From: Candidatus Eiseniibacteriota bacterium
GTDB taxonomy: Bacteria; Eisenbacteria; RBG-16-71-46
Length of the DNA: 64,000 nt
Direction of reading: 5' to 3'
Assembly (NCBI GenBank): GCA_036505355.1
Contig: DASXTP010000085.1
Location: 1,463 to 65,462, forward strand
Shown: in pieces, positions 35,715 through 44,554 of the stretch
How the letters are laid out: every line of letters starts with the position of its first letter
How positions within the stretch are numbered: position 1 is the first letter of the stretch
The notes under the pieces: model-generated
Told to the model about the DNA's origin: nothing
Database searches by the model: none
The model's input: the letters and a program-made list of their open reading frames with translations, nothing else
Translations under genes and position numbers: made by a program

Positions 35715-35741
35715 GCCGGCCGGGTTCGATCCCCGGCCGGC
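35715..35741 (+). promoter_or_regulatory. strong intercistronic stem-loop between nosZ and nosB
   Basis: GCCGGCCGGG-ttcgatc-CCCGGCCGGC forms a 10-bp perfect GC stem 15 nt after the nosZ stop. No U-tract follows it. Confidence 0.4.
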
Positions 35742-35760
35742 CGCGAGGAGGGAGCTCCGC

Positions 35761-36393
35761 TTGCATTACCTGACCGATCGGTTCCGTCCCACCGAGCGCA
35801 GGTTGATCTGGGTCGCGGCGCTCGTCCTGCTGCCCGTCTTCTTCTTTCCGGTGCTGCCGATCTGGATGATGAAGCTCTGGGCCCCGCAGTACCGCGAAGG
35901 GCTCACCCTCATGATCTACACCAACACCATCAAGGGGGATCTCCAGAGCATCAACACGCTGAACCACTACGTCGGGATGCACCACATCACGCCCGACGAC
36001 TTCAGGGAGTTCCGCTACCTGCCGCAGGCGATCACGTTCTTCGGCGTGATGGCCCTGATCGGAGCGTTGATCAATCGCCGCTGGGTCGCCTTCCTCGGCT
36101 GGATCGGGTTCAGCGGGTTCGCGATCTACATGTTCTCGGACTACGCGCGGTGGCTGTACGACTACGGGCACCAGCTCGACCCGCGGGCCCCGATCAAGCT
36201 GCCGCTCTTCACGCCGCCGCTCATCGGCTTCAAGCAAATGGCGAACTTCAAGGTGCTCAGCGTGCCGGCCCTCGGCACCGCGCTGCTCGGCTTGGCGTGG
36301 TTGCTGGGACCGATCGCGATCTGGCTCGAGATCCGCGACGCCAAGGCCGGCGCCCGGGCGCCGGCGGGCGGGACGGCACGCTCCCGGGCTTGA
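35761..36393 (+). CDS. nosB: NosB-like integral membrane protein of clade II nos clusters
   Basis: 210 aa starting at a TTG, with several TM helices. Its position between nosZ and nosD matches my recollection of clade II nos gene order. Identity rests on context plus topology. Confidence 0.6.
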   Translation: MHYLTDRFRPTERRLIWVAALVLLPVFFFPVLPIWMMKLWAPQYREGLTLMIYTNTIKGDLQSINTLNHYVGMHHITPDDFREFRYLPQAITFFGVMALIGALINRRWVAFLGWIGFSGFAIYMFSDYARWLYDYGHQLDPRAPIKLPLFTPPLIGFKQMANFKVLSVPALGTALLGLAWLLGPIAIWLEIRDAKAGARAPAGGTARSRA

Positions 36394-37763
36394 TGTCCCC
36401 TCGCCGCCTTTCGTGGATCGCCGTGGTCGCGGCCGGCGCCGCTTGTGTGGCACCCGCGGCGGACGCGCGGCAGCTCAGGGCCCAGCCCGGCGCGGCGGTC
36501 CTCACCCTGGCGGCCGCGGCGGCGGGCGACACCGTCACGCTCGAACCCGGCGTCCACGCCGGACCGCTGCGCCTCACGCGAGCGGTGTGCCTGCGTGGCG
36601 AGCCGGGCGCGGTGGTGGACGGCGGCCATCACGGCTCGGTGGTGGAGATCGGGGCCTCCGGCACGGTGGTGGAGGACCTCGCGATTCGGGGCAGCGGGAC
36701 CCGGGTGCTCACCACCGACGGCGGAATTCGTGTCGTCGGCGGCGGCTCGGTGGCGTTCCGCCGCCTGGTCTTGCGCGACGTGTTGTACGGGATCTATGCC
36801 GAGCGCGCCCCGTCCCTGACCGTCGAGGGCTGCCGGCTCAGCGGTCGCGTCGCGCCGCTCGACGAGACCGGCGAGGGGAACGGGGTGCATCTGTGGTATT
36901 GCGGCGACGCCCGGCTGACGCGGAACGCCGTCGACGGCTTCGTGGACGCGATCTACCTCTCGTTCGCGGACGGCGCGCGGATTGCGGGCAACCGGCTGCG
37001 GAACAACGGCCGCTACGGACTGCACACCATGTACTGTCAGGGAAGCATCCTGGCCGCGAACGAGTTCACCCACAACGCGGCGGGCTGCGCGATCATGTTC
37101 TCGAATCATCTGCGTGTCGAACGCAACACCTTCGTGCACAATCGGGGACCGCGGACCTACGGCATCCTGTTGCGCGACTGCTCGGACGGCGACTTCCTCG
37201 CCAACCGCCTGGTGGACAACACGGTCGCGGTGTTCATGGACAACTCCAATCGCAACCACCTCCGCGGCAACCTGCTGCAGGACAACGGCTGGGGGCTCTT
37301 GATCTTCTCGTCGTGCGCCGGCAACGAGGTCGCGGACAACGACTTCTTGAACAACGACTACCCGGTGGCGCTCGACATGCGGCGCACCGACAACCGCTTC
37401 GACGACGGTCGCCACGGCAACTACTGGAGCGAGAGCGCGCCGTACGACCTCGACGGCGACGGCGTGAGCGACGTTCCGTACTCACCGGTTGGAGCTTTCG
37501 CGTTCCTGTCGAAGCAGTACCCCGACCTGTCGGTGCTCGCCAAGAGCCCGGCGGTGGCCGCGCTCACGGTGGCCGAGCGCGTGTTTCCCGCCTTGCGGCC
37601 CAGCGAGGTGGTCGACCGCTACCCGCGGATCGCCCCCGCCGCCTCGAGCCGCGTCCTCGAGCCGGGCGCGGACGACCGGCGACCCGACGCGGCGGCGGCG
37701 GCCGGGTTTGCGCTGCTGCTGGCGGGCGGAATCGCCGGGCTCGGGTGGAGGCTCAAGCCATGA
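36393..37763 (+). CDS. nosD: nitrous-oxide reductase maturation protein NosD (periplasmic parallel beta-helix)
   Basis: The ATG at 36393 overlaps the nosB stop as TGATG. It has a signal peptide and repeated beta-helix motifs (NGVHLWY, NRLRNNGRYGLHTMY, NTFVHNRG, NLLQDNGWGLLIF). Confidence 0.88.
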   Translation: MSPRRLSWIAVVAAGAACVAPAADARQLRAQPGAAVLTLAAAAAGDTVTLEPGVHAGPLRLTRAVCLRGEPGAVVDGGHHGSVVEIGASGTVVEDLAIRGSGTRVLTTDGGIRVVGGGSVAFRRLVLRDVLYGIYAERAPSLTVEGCRLSGRVAPLDETGEGNGVHLWYCGDARLTRNAVDGFVDAIYLSFADGARIAGNRLRNNGRYGLHTMYCQGSILAANEFTHNAAGCAIMFSNHLRVERNTFVHNRGPRTYGILLRDCSDGDFLANRLVDNTVAVFMDNSNRNHLRGNLLQDNGWGLLIFSSCAGNEVADNDFLNNDYPVALDMRRTDNRFDDGRHGNYWSESAPYDLDGDGVSDVPYSPVGAFAFLSKQYPDLSVLAKSPAVAALTVAERVFPALRPSEVVDRYPRIAPAASSRVLEPGADDRRPDAAAAAGFALLLAGGIAGLGWRLKP

Positions 37764-38677
37764 GGGTGTGGGCCGAGGGGCTGGTGAAGCGCTACGGCCC
37801 CGTCACCGCGGTGGACCAGCTGTCGTTCGAAGTCGAGTCCGGCGAGACCTTCGCCCTGATCGGTCCCAACGGCGCGGGCAAGACCACGACGTTGCGCCTG
37901 CTGCTCGGCCTCACCCGCCCCGACCAGGGAAGCATCGCGATCGGGGATGACGGCCTGCCCCCGCACAGCCCGCAGGCTCGCCGCGAGCTGGGCTACGTGC
38001 CGCAGCGCGTCGAGTTTCCCCACGGTCGCACGGTGGCCGAGGTGCTGTCGTTCTTCGCGGATTTGCGTGGACTGCCACGCGCCGCGGTCGAGAAGGCCCT
38101 GAAGCGCGTAGGGCTCGCGCCGCTGGCGACCCGGCGCGCGAGCGAGCTGTCGGGAGGCTACACGCAGCGCCTTTCGCTCGGTCAGGCGCTGCTCGCCGAC
38201 CCGGCCCTCTTGGTGCTGGATGAGCCGACCGCCAGCCTCGATCCCGAAGCAACCTGGGAGTTCCGCTCGCTGGTGGAGCAGCTCCGGCGCGAAGGCAAGA
38301 CGATCCTGCTGTGCTCGCACCTGCTGGCCGAGGTCGAGCGCGTCGCCGACCGGGTGCTGATCCTGCTCGACGGACACCGCGCGGCCCTGGAGCGCTTGGA
38401 CCGGCTGCGAGAGCGACAGATCGGCGCCACCCGCCTGGCGATCGAGCTCCAGGATCCGACCGGCGCGGCCCTCGCCGCCCTCGATCGGCTGGGGCTCCGG
38501 TGCGAGGCGTGGCTCGATCGCGGCGTCCTGGTCGAGGCCCGCGACGGCCGTGCGCTCGAGGCGCTCGAGGCGGTGCGCGCGTCGGGAGCCGCGATCCGCT
38601 CGTTCGAGATCCAGCGCCCGAGCCTCGAGGAGATCTTCCTGGCGGTGGTGCGCGGAGGGCGCCGTGAGAACGGATAG
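37760..38677 (+). CDS. nosF: ABC transporter ATP-binding protein NosF
   Basis: ATGA overlap with nosD. It has Walker A (GPNGAGKTT), the ABC signature (LSGGYTQRL) and Walker B (LLVLDEP). Confidence 0.9.
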   Translation: MRVWAEGLVKRYGPVTAVDQLSFEVESGETFALIGPNGAGKTTTLRLLLGLTRPDQGSIAIGDDGLPPHSPQARRELGYVPQRVEFPHGRTVAEVLSFFADLRGLPRAAVEKALKRVGLAPLATRRASELSGGYTQRLSLGQALLADPALLVLDEPTASLDPEATWEFRSLVEQLRREGKTILLCSHLLAEVERVADRVLILLDGHRAALERLDRLRERQIGATRLAIELQDPTGAALAALDRLGLRCEAWLDRGVLVEARDGRALEALEAVRASGAAIRSFEIQRPSLEEIFLAVVRGGRRENG

Positions 38678-39125
38678 CCACTCTCGTTGCGTCCGCGACG
38701 GCCTCGCCATTCGTAGGCTCTCTTCCATCCTGCTGGTCCCGATGCTCCTCACCGGATGCCTCCAGTCGGCCGGCCCTCCACCCATCGCGTTGGGAACTCC
38801 CTGCGCGGCGTGCGGGATGGAGATCCGGGACCTGCGCTTTGCCTGCGAGCGCAGGGCCACCACGGCGTGGCGCGCCTACGATTCGATCGAGTGCCTGCTG
38901 AGAGCGGGGAGCATCGCGGAGGGCGTCTACCTCACCGACTACGACCGCAAGACGCTGCATCCCGCCGATTCGCTGTGGGTGGTGCGCGGCGAGTTCCCGT
39001 CGCCCATGGGAGGCGGATTCGCCGCGTTCCTCGACCGCGGCCCGGCCGAAGAGATCGCGGGCTCCCGCCGCGGCCGGGTCGGCCGGCTCGCCGACTTCGC
39101 GCGTCCGGAAGGGGGATCGCCGTGA
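38664..39125 (+). CDS. nosL: NosL copper-chaperone lipoprotein
   Basis: It has a lipobox (PMLLTGC) and the motifs CAACGMEI and FPSPMGGGFAAF, typical of NosL. I infer the GTG start at 38664 (14-nt overlap with nosF), but the start is uncertain. Confidence 0.75.
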   Translation: MRTDSHSRCVRDGLAIRRLSSILLVPMLLTGCLQSAGPPPIALGTPCAACGMEIRDLRFACERRATTAWRAYDSIECLLRAGSIAEGVYLTDYDRKTLHPADSLWVVRGEFPSPMGGGFAAFLDRGPAEEIAGSRRGRVGRLADFARPEGGSP

Positions 39126-39529
39126 ACCGCTACCTCGCGCTCTTGCTCGGCGCGGTGGTGCTGGGCGCCCTAGTCTCGGCCCTGGCCCGGGCGCCCGGGC
39201 CGGCCCGCGTGGGTCCCGGAGCGCCTCCCACCACCCCGACCGCGGCTCTCGACCTCGAAGTGCGCGACGGAACGGTCGCGCCCGGCACGGCGAGCGTGCC
39301 CAAGGATCACCGGGTGATGCTGCGGATCGTGAACCGTGGGACCAGGCCCGTTCGCCTCGCGCTCGCCGGCTACGAAGATCGGCTGGCCGTCGTCCTCAGG
39401 CCGGGAGAAACCTGGCGCGGAGAGTTCCTGGCCGACCGGCCAGGCGACGATTTCGCATGGCTCCTGGACGGCAAGCCGGCGGGGCGCCTCGCGATCGCGG
39501 GCTCCCACCTGGTGGACGGACACCGATGA
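39122..39529 (+). CDS. hypothetical small membrane-anchored beta-sandwich (cupredoxin-like fold?) protein embedded in the nos cluster
   Basis: The GTG at 39122 overlaps the nosL stop as GTGA, and its own stop overlaps the nosY start as ATGA. It has an N-terminal TM/signal sequence (VNRYLALLLGAVVLGALVSALA) and then LDLEVRDGTVAPGTASVPKDHRVMLRIVNRGTRPVRLAL... There is no Cys, and His residues sit near the C-terminus. The family is not recognised. Confidence 0.55.
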   Translation: MNRYLALLLGAVVLGALVSALARAPGPARVGPGAPPTTPTAALDLEVRDGTVAPGTASVPKDHRVMLRIVNRGTRPVRLALAGYEDRLAVVLRPGETWRGEFLADRPGDDFAWLLDGKPAGRLAIAGSHLVDGHR

Positions 39530-40368
39530 GCCCCTCGGCCGGCCGCTGGCGCCGCGTCCGGGTGGTGGCGCGCGAGGAGTACCGTCGCGCGCTCGAGACC
39601 CGCTGGCTCTTCGGCTTCACGGCGCTGCTCGCCGCGCTGGTGCTGGGGCTGTCGTTCTTCGGCCTGGCGCAGAGCCGGGCGGTCGGCTTCCAGGGCTTCG
39701 CGCGCGTCACCTTGAGCCTCATGAACCTGGTGCTGTTCATCGTGCCGCTCACCGGGCTCATGCTGGGCGTGGCGAGCGTCGCCGGCGGCGGGGGAACGCT
39801 GCCGCTCCTGCTCGCCCAGCCGGTCGGGCGCGGCGAGGTGTTGTGGGGGAAGTTCCTCGGGCTCGCCGCGGCGCTCACCGTCGCCCAGGCGGTGGGATTC
39901 GGCGGCGGCGGCGTGGTGGTGGCGTTCCAGGCCGGGGCCGACCAGGTGCAGGGGTTCGTCGCCTTGACCGGGCTGTCGATCGCCCTCGGGTGGCTCACGG
40001 TGGCCACGTCGCTGTGCATCGCGGTGGTCTGGCCCGACCGCCTCAAGGCGATGTCCGCCGCGTTGCTGCTGTGGCTGCTGATGGTCGTGGCATACGATCT
40101 GGTGGTGCTGGGAGCCACGGCCATGTTCCAGGGGATCCCGCTCCAGACCGTCCTGTTCCCCGCCCTGCTGCTGAACCCGGTGGACCTCGCCCGGGTGCTC
40201 ACCACGCTCGCGGTCGGATCGGGCGCCCTATTCGGTCCGACCTCGGCGGTGCTGATGAAGATGTTCGGTACCACGGCCGGCGTGGGGCTCGGTCTCGCCG
40301 TGTTGACGATCGAGAGCGTGGTGCCCCTGGTGGTGGCGGCGCGGGTCTTCCGGAGGCGCGACTGGTGA
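39526..40368 (+). CDS. nosY: ABC-2 type permease NosY
   Basis: 280 aa with six hydrophobic segments, inside the nos cluster. ATGA overlap upstream and GTGA overlap downstream. Confidence 0.8.
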   Translation: MSPSAGRWRRVRVVAREEYRRALETRWLFGFTALLAALVLGLSFFGLAQSRAVGFQGFARVTLSLMNLVLFIVPLTGLMLGVASVAGGGGTLPLLLAQPVGRGEVLWGKFLGLAAALTVAQAVGFGGGGVVVAFQAGADQVQGFVALTGLSIALGWLTVATSLCIAVVWPDRLKAMSAALLLWLLMVVAYDLVVLGATAMFQGIPLQTVLFPALLLNPVDLARVLTTLAVGSGALFGPTSAVLMKMFGTTAGVGLGLAVLTIESVVPLVVAARVFRRRDW

Positions 40369-41510
40369 CACGGATCGAGCCCTATCGACTGTTCTTTCCC
40401 ATCGGCTTCGTCTTCGCGCTGCTCGGCGTAGCACCCTGGCCATTGCACGCGATGGGGTGGTTGCCCTACCCGGGGGCGTTCCATCGAGCCCTCATGATGC
40501 AGGGGTTCGAGCTTTCCTTCGTGGTCGGCTTCCTGCTCACCGCCCTGCCCGGCTTCACCCACGGCCCGCGCTGTCACGCGGTGGAGCTGGCGCTTCCCGC
40601 GCTCTCCCTCGTCGCCTTCGCCGTGGCGATGCTCGCGAACCTCGTCGTGCCGGCGCAGGCGGCGTTCCTGCTCATCCTGCTCGTGCTCCTGGTCGCCGCC
40701 GGGCGGCGCGTCCTGGGCAACCGGGTGGGCCCGCCCGAAGAGTTCCTCTTCGTGGGCTTCGGACTTCTGCTCGGCTTGATCGGCGGCTGGCTCCAGCTTG
40801 CGGCGGCACTGGGCCCCTATGAGGACCCGGCTCCTCGATTTGCGGAGCGGCTGGTCTCGCTCGGCATGGTGCTGTCGCTGGTGCTCGGCGTCGGCGGCCT
40901 GCTGGTGCCGGTGTTCGCCGGCATGCGGAACCCGCTCGTCATCCCCAAGGTGGCGGGCCCCCACGAACGGCGCGGGCGTCGTGGCCTCTACGCGGCGCTG
41001 CTCGCGGTCCTGGCCCTCGCTTTCGTCGCCGAGTCGAGCGGACGGCCCGGCCTCGGCGCGATCCTGCGCGCCGCGGCCGCGAGCGCGATCGGCCTCCTGG
41101 TCTGGAAGCTGTGGTGCCTGCCGGGCCGGCGGGAGCTGCCGGCTTTCGTGCTGTGGGGCTCCGGCTGGCTTCTGCTGGCCGGCCTGTGGCTCGCGGTGCT
41201 GCTGCCGCGAAATCGCGTGGGCGTGCTCCACCTGGTGTTCATCGGCGGCTTCGGCCTGCTCACCTTGGGCATCGGGACCCGCGTGATCGTGGCCCACGGC
41301 AAGCACCCGCTCGAGGTCGAGCGAGCCACGCTGGCGCCGGCGGTGATCGGCGCCGTGGCCCTGGCGCTGGCGGCGCGCGTCGCCTCCGAGTTCTGGCCCG
41401 GGGCCGCCGGGACGCTGATCGGCGTGAGCGGGGCGCTGTGGGTCGTCGCCTGGCTCGGCTGGGGGATGCGAGCCCTGCCACGCATCGTACGACGCGGGAC
41501 GCCGACGTGA
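40365..41510 (+). CDS. nnrS: NnrS-family heme/copper membrane protein
   Basis: About 381 aa from the GTG at 40365. It is polytopic, with N-terminal EPYRLFFPIGFVFALLG and conserved His positions (HRALMMQGF, HLVFIGGFG), as I recall for NnrS. Confidence 0.7.
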   Translation: MTRIEPYRLFFPIGFVFALLGVAPWPLHAMGWLPYPGAFHRALMMQGFELSFVVGFLLTALPGFTHGPRCHAVELALPALSLVAFAVAMLANLVVPAQAAFLLILLVLLVAAGRRVLGNRVGPPEEFLFVGFGLLLGLIGGWLQLAAALGPYEDPAPRFAERLVSLGMVLSLVLGVGGLLVPVFAGMRNPLVIPKVAGPHERRGRRGLYAALLAVLALAFVAESSGRPGLGAILRAAAASAIGLLVWKLWCLPGRRELPAFVLWGSGWLLLAGLWLAVLLPRNRVGVLHLVFIGGFGLLTLGIGTRVIVAHGKHPLEVERATLAPAVIGAVALALAARVASEFWPGAAGTLIGVSGALWVVAWLGWGMRALPRIVRRGTPT

Positions 41511-41553
41511 GCGTCCCGCCTCAAGGCCGGCCCACTCTCACTGTGGAGAGGAG

Positions 41554-43749
41554 ATGAATTCTCGACTGGAGTCGTTTCGATATGACGACGACATCGTTCG
41601 CAAGTTCCTGGTCGCCACCTTCGCCTGGGGTCTGGTGGGCATGGCCGTGGGCTTGTGGATCGCGCTGGAGCTCGCCTTTCCGGCGCTCAATCTCGCACCC
41701 TGGCTATCCTTCGGTCGCCTGCGCCCCCTGCACACCAACGCGGTCATCTTCGCCTTCGCCGGCAACGCCATCTTCACCGGCGTCTACTACTCGACGCAGC
41801 GGCTGCTCAAGGCCCGCATGTTCTCCGACCTGCTCGGGCGCCTGCACTTCTGGGGCTGGCAGCTCATCATCGTGTTGGCGGCGGTCACCCTGCCCCTCGG
41901 CTTCACGCAGGCCAAGGAGTACGCCGAGCTGGAGTGGCCGATCGACCTGCTGATTGCGGCCGTCTGGGTGATCTTCGCGGTCAACTTCTTCGGCACGCTG
42001 GCCCGCCGCCGCGAGCGCCATCTCTACGTGGCGCTGTGGTTCTACATCGCCAGCATCGTCACGGTGACGATGCTCCACATCTTCAACAACCTGTCGATGC
42101 CGGTCGGCCTCTTCAAGAGCTATTCGATCTACGCCGGCGTCCAGGACGCCTTCATGCAATGGTGGTACGGCCACAACGCGGTGGCCTTCTTCCTGACCAC
42201 GCCGTTCCTGGGCCTGATGTACTACTTCATGCCCAAGGCGGCGGACCGGCCGGTCTTCTCCTACCGGCTCTCGATCCTGCACTTCTGGACCTTGGTCTTC
42301 ATGTACATCTGGGCCGGCCCGCATCACCTCCATTACACGGCGCTCCCGGAGTGGGCGTCCACCCTGGGCATGCTGTTCTCGGTGATGCTCTGGATGCCGT
42401 CCTGGGGCGGTATGGTGAACGGTTTGCTCACGCTGCGCGGCGCCTGGCACAAAGTCGTGGACGATCCGGTGCTCAAGTTCTTCGTTGTCGCGGTGACCGC
42501 CTACGGCATGGCGACTTTCGAGGGGCCCATGCTCTCCGTGAAGAGCGTGAACGCGCTCGCGCACTACACCGACTGGATCATCGCCCACGTGCACACCGGC
42601 GCCCTGGGGTGGAACGGATTCCTCACCTTCGGCATGGTGTACTGGCTGCTGCCTCGCCTGTTCCAGACTCCGCTCCACAGCCGCCGACTTGCCGAGGCCC
42701 ATTTCTGGTTCGCCACCTTCGGCGTGATCTTCTACGTGACCGCGATCTACGGCGCCGGACTTACCCAGGGCCTGATGTGGCGTGCGTTCGACGAGACCGG
42801 TCGGCTCCAGTTCCCGGACTTCATCGAGACCACGATGAAGCTGATGCCGATGTACTGGATTCGGGCTTTCGGGGGCGGTCTGTACCTGGTCGGGATGTTG
42901 CTCTTCGGCTACAACATCCTGATGACTTGGCGGGCCCGTCCCGCCCGCTACCAGGAGCCGGTGATCCAGGCGCCGCCGCTCGACCGCCACGCCCCCGAGC
43001 ACGCGGCGACCCCCCTGTCGCAGGGCTGGTGGGCGCGCTTCACCGCGGCGGCCTGGCATCGACGCTGGGAAGGCCTGCCGATCACCTTTACCGTGATGAC
43101 GGTGGTGGCGGTGGTGGTGGCCTCCTTGTTCCAGATCTTGCCGACCTTCCTGATCCGCTCGAACGTGCCGACCATTGCGTCGGTACGGCCCTACACGCCG
43201 CTCGAGCTCGCCGGGCGGGATCTCTACATCCGCGAGGGCTGCTTCAACTGCCACTCGCAGATGATCCGCCCGTTCCGGCACGAGACCGAGCGCTACGGCG
43301 AGTACTCGAAGCCCGGCGAGTTCGTCTACGACCACCCCTTCCTGTGGGGCTCCCGGCGCATCGGGCCCGATCTCGCCCGCGAGGGCGGCAAGTACAACGA
43401 TCTTTGGCACGTGCGCCACATGGAGAACCCTCGGAGCATCACTCCGAAGTCCATCATGCCTCGGTATCCGCGGCTCCTGACCGCGCGGCTCGACTTCCCC
43501 GGCATCCAGAAGCGCGTCGACGTGATGGCCATGCTGGGGGTGCCCTACGGCGAGGCGGTGCACAGGGCCCCCGAGCTGGCGCGCGCGCAGGCGGCCGAGG
43601 TGGCGGCGCGGATCCAGACGCAGGGCGGCCCGTCCGGGCTGGGCGACCGGGAGATCGTCGCGCTGGTGGCCTACCTGCAGCGCCTCGGCACCGACATCCG
43701 CGGCGGCGCCCTGGCACGGGTCGACCCACCGGCGGCGAGGCGACCATGA
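41554..43749 (+). CDS. ccoNO: cbb3-type cytochrome c oxidase, fused subunits I and II (CcoN-CcoO)
   Basis: 731 aa. The CcoN core has the heme-copper His motifs (HTNAVIFAF, WYGHNAVAFF, HHLHYT, HVHTGALGW). The C-terminal CcoO part has CFNCHSQMIRP and WHVRHMENPRS. Confidence 0.93.
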   Translation: MNSRLESFRYDDDIVRKFLVATFAWGLVGMAVGLWIALELAFPALNLAPWLSFGRLRPLHTNAVIFAFAGNAIFTGVYYSTQRLLKARMFSDLLGRLHFWGWQLIIVLAAVTLPLGFTQAKEYAELEWPIDLLIAAVWVIFAVNFFGTLARRRERHLYVALWFYIASIVTVTMLHIFNNLSMPVGLFKSYSIYAGVQDAFMQWWYGHNAVAFFLTTPFLGLMYYFMPKAADRPVFSYRLSILHFWTLVFMYIWAGPHHLHYTALPEWASTLGMLFSVMLWMPSWGGMVNGLLTLRGAWHKVVDDPVLKFFVVAVTAYGMATFEGPMLSVKSVNALAHYTDWIIAHVHTGALGWNGFLTFGMVYWLLPRLFQTPLHSRRLAEAHFWFATFGVIFYVTAIYGAGLTQGLMWRAFDETGRLQFPDFIETTMKLMPMYWIRAFGGGLYLVGMLLFGYNILMTWRARPARYQEPVIQAPPLDRHAPEHAATPLSQGWWARFTAAAWHRRWEGLPITFTVMTVVAVVVASLFQILPTFLIRSNVPTIASVRPYTPLELAGRDLYIREGCFNCHSQMIRPFRHETERYGEYSKPGEFVYDHPFLWGSRRIGPDLAREGGKYNDLWHVRHMENPRSITPKSIMPRYPRLLTARLDFPGIQKRVDVMAMLGVPYGEAVHRAPELARAQAAEVAARIQTQGGPSGLGDREIVALVAYLQRLGTDIRGGALARVDPPAARRP

Positions 43750-43943
43750 GGCTCTCCGACGTGATGAGCCATTCGGGCCTGACGATCTATGCCGAGATCG
43801 CGCTGATCCTCTTCTTTCTCGTCTTCATCGCCGTGGTCGCCCGGACGTTCCTGCCGTCGCGGCACGACGAGTTGCGGCGGGCCAGCCGGCTGCCTCTCGA
43901 TGACGACGCCACGGACGTTCCTGGTCCAGGAGCACGCTCATGA
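43746..43943 (+). CDS. ccoQ: CcoQ/FixQ-like small membrane subunit of cbb3 oxidase
   Basis: 65 aa with a single TM helix (IYAEIALILFFLVFIAVVARTF). ATGA overlaps with both neighbours. Confidence 0.7.
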   Translation: MRLSDVMSHSGLTIYAEIALILFFLVFIAVVARTFLPSRHDELRRASRLPLDDDATDVPGPGARS

Positions 43944-44554
43944 GCCCCGATGAGAAGGACCGCAAGGAGCCCCTGCTCCTCGACCACAACTACGACGGGA
44001 TCCAGGAGTACGACAATCCACTGCCCCGCTGGTGGCTCTACCTCTTCTTCGGCACCATCGCCTACTCGATCCTGTATCTGCTCAACGTCGTCCCCTGGCT
44101 GGGCACCGGCAAGGGCCGATTGGCCAATTACGAAGCCGAGATGGCGGCCGCCCACGCCCGTCAGGCGGCGGCGCCGAGGGGCCCGATGACCGAGGCCGCC
44201 CTGCTCGCCCTGACCCGCGATCGGACGGCGCTGGCCCTCGGCCGGGAGATCTTCGTCGGCAAGTGCGCCCCCTGCCACCGCGAGGACGGCGGCGGCCTGA
44301 TCGGTCCGAACCTCACCGACGACACCTGGATCCACGGCGGCCGGCCGCTCGAGATGCTGAAGACCGTGAACGACGGCGTGCCGGCCAAAGGCATGCCCAC
44401 CTGGAGCCAGGTCCTCAAGCCGAACGAGGTGGCTGCGGTGGTGGCGTATGGCTACTCGCTGCGCGGGACGCACCCGCCCAACCCCAAGCCGCCGGAGGGG
44501 ACGAAACTCGAGACCGAGCCGTCGGCCGCCCCGGGCAGCAGCGGGCCGCCGTGA
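43940..44554 (+). CDS. ccoP: cbb3-type cytochrome c oxidase subunit III (CcoP), monoheme form
   Basis: It has the FixP N-terminal motif (HNYDGIQEYDNPLPRWWLYLFFGTI) and only one CXXCH (CAPCH). Confidence 0.85.
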   Translation: MSPDEKDRKEPLLLDHNYDGIQEYDNPLPRWWLYLFFGTIAYSILYLLNVVPWLGTGKGRLANYEAEMAAAHARQAAAPRGPMTEAALLALTRDRTALALGREIFVGKCAPCHREDGGGLIGPNLTDDTWIHGGRPLEMLKTVNDGVPAKGMPTWSQVLKPNEVAAVVAYGYSLRGTHPPNPKPPEGTKLETEPSAAPGSSGPP

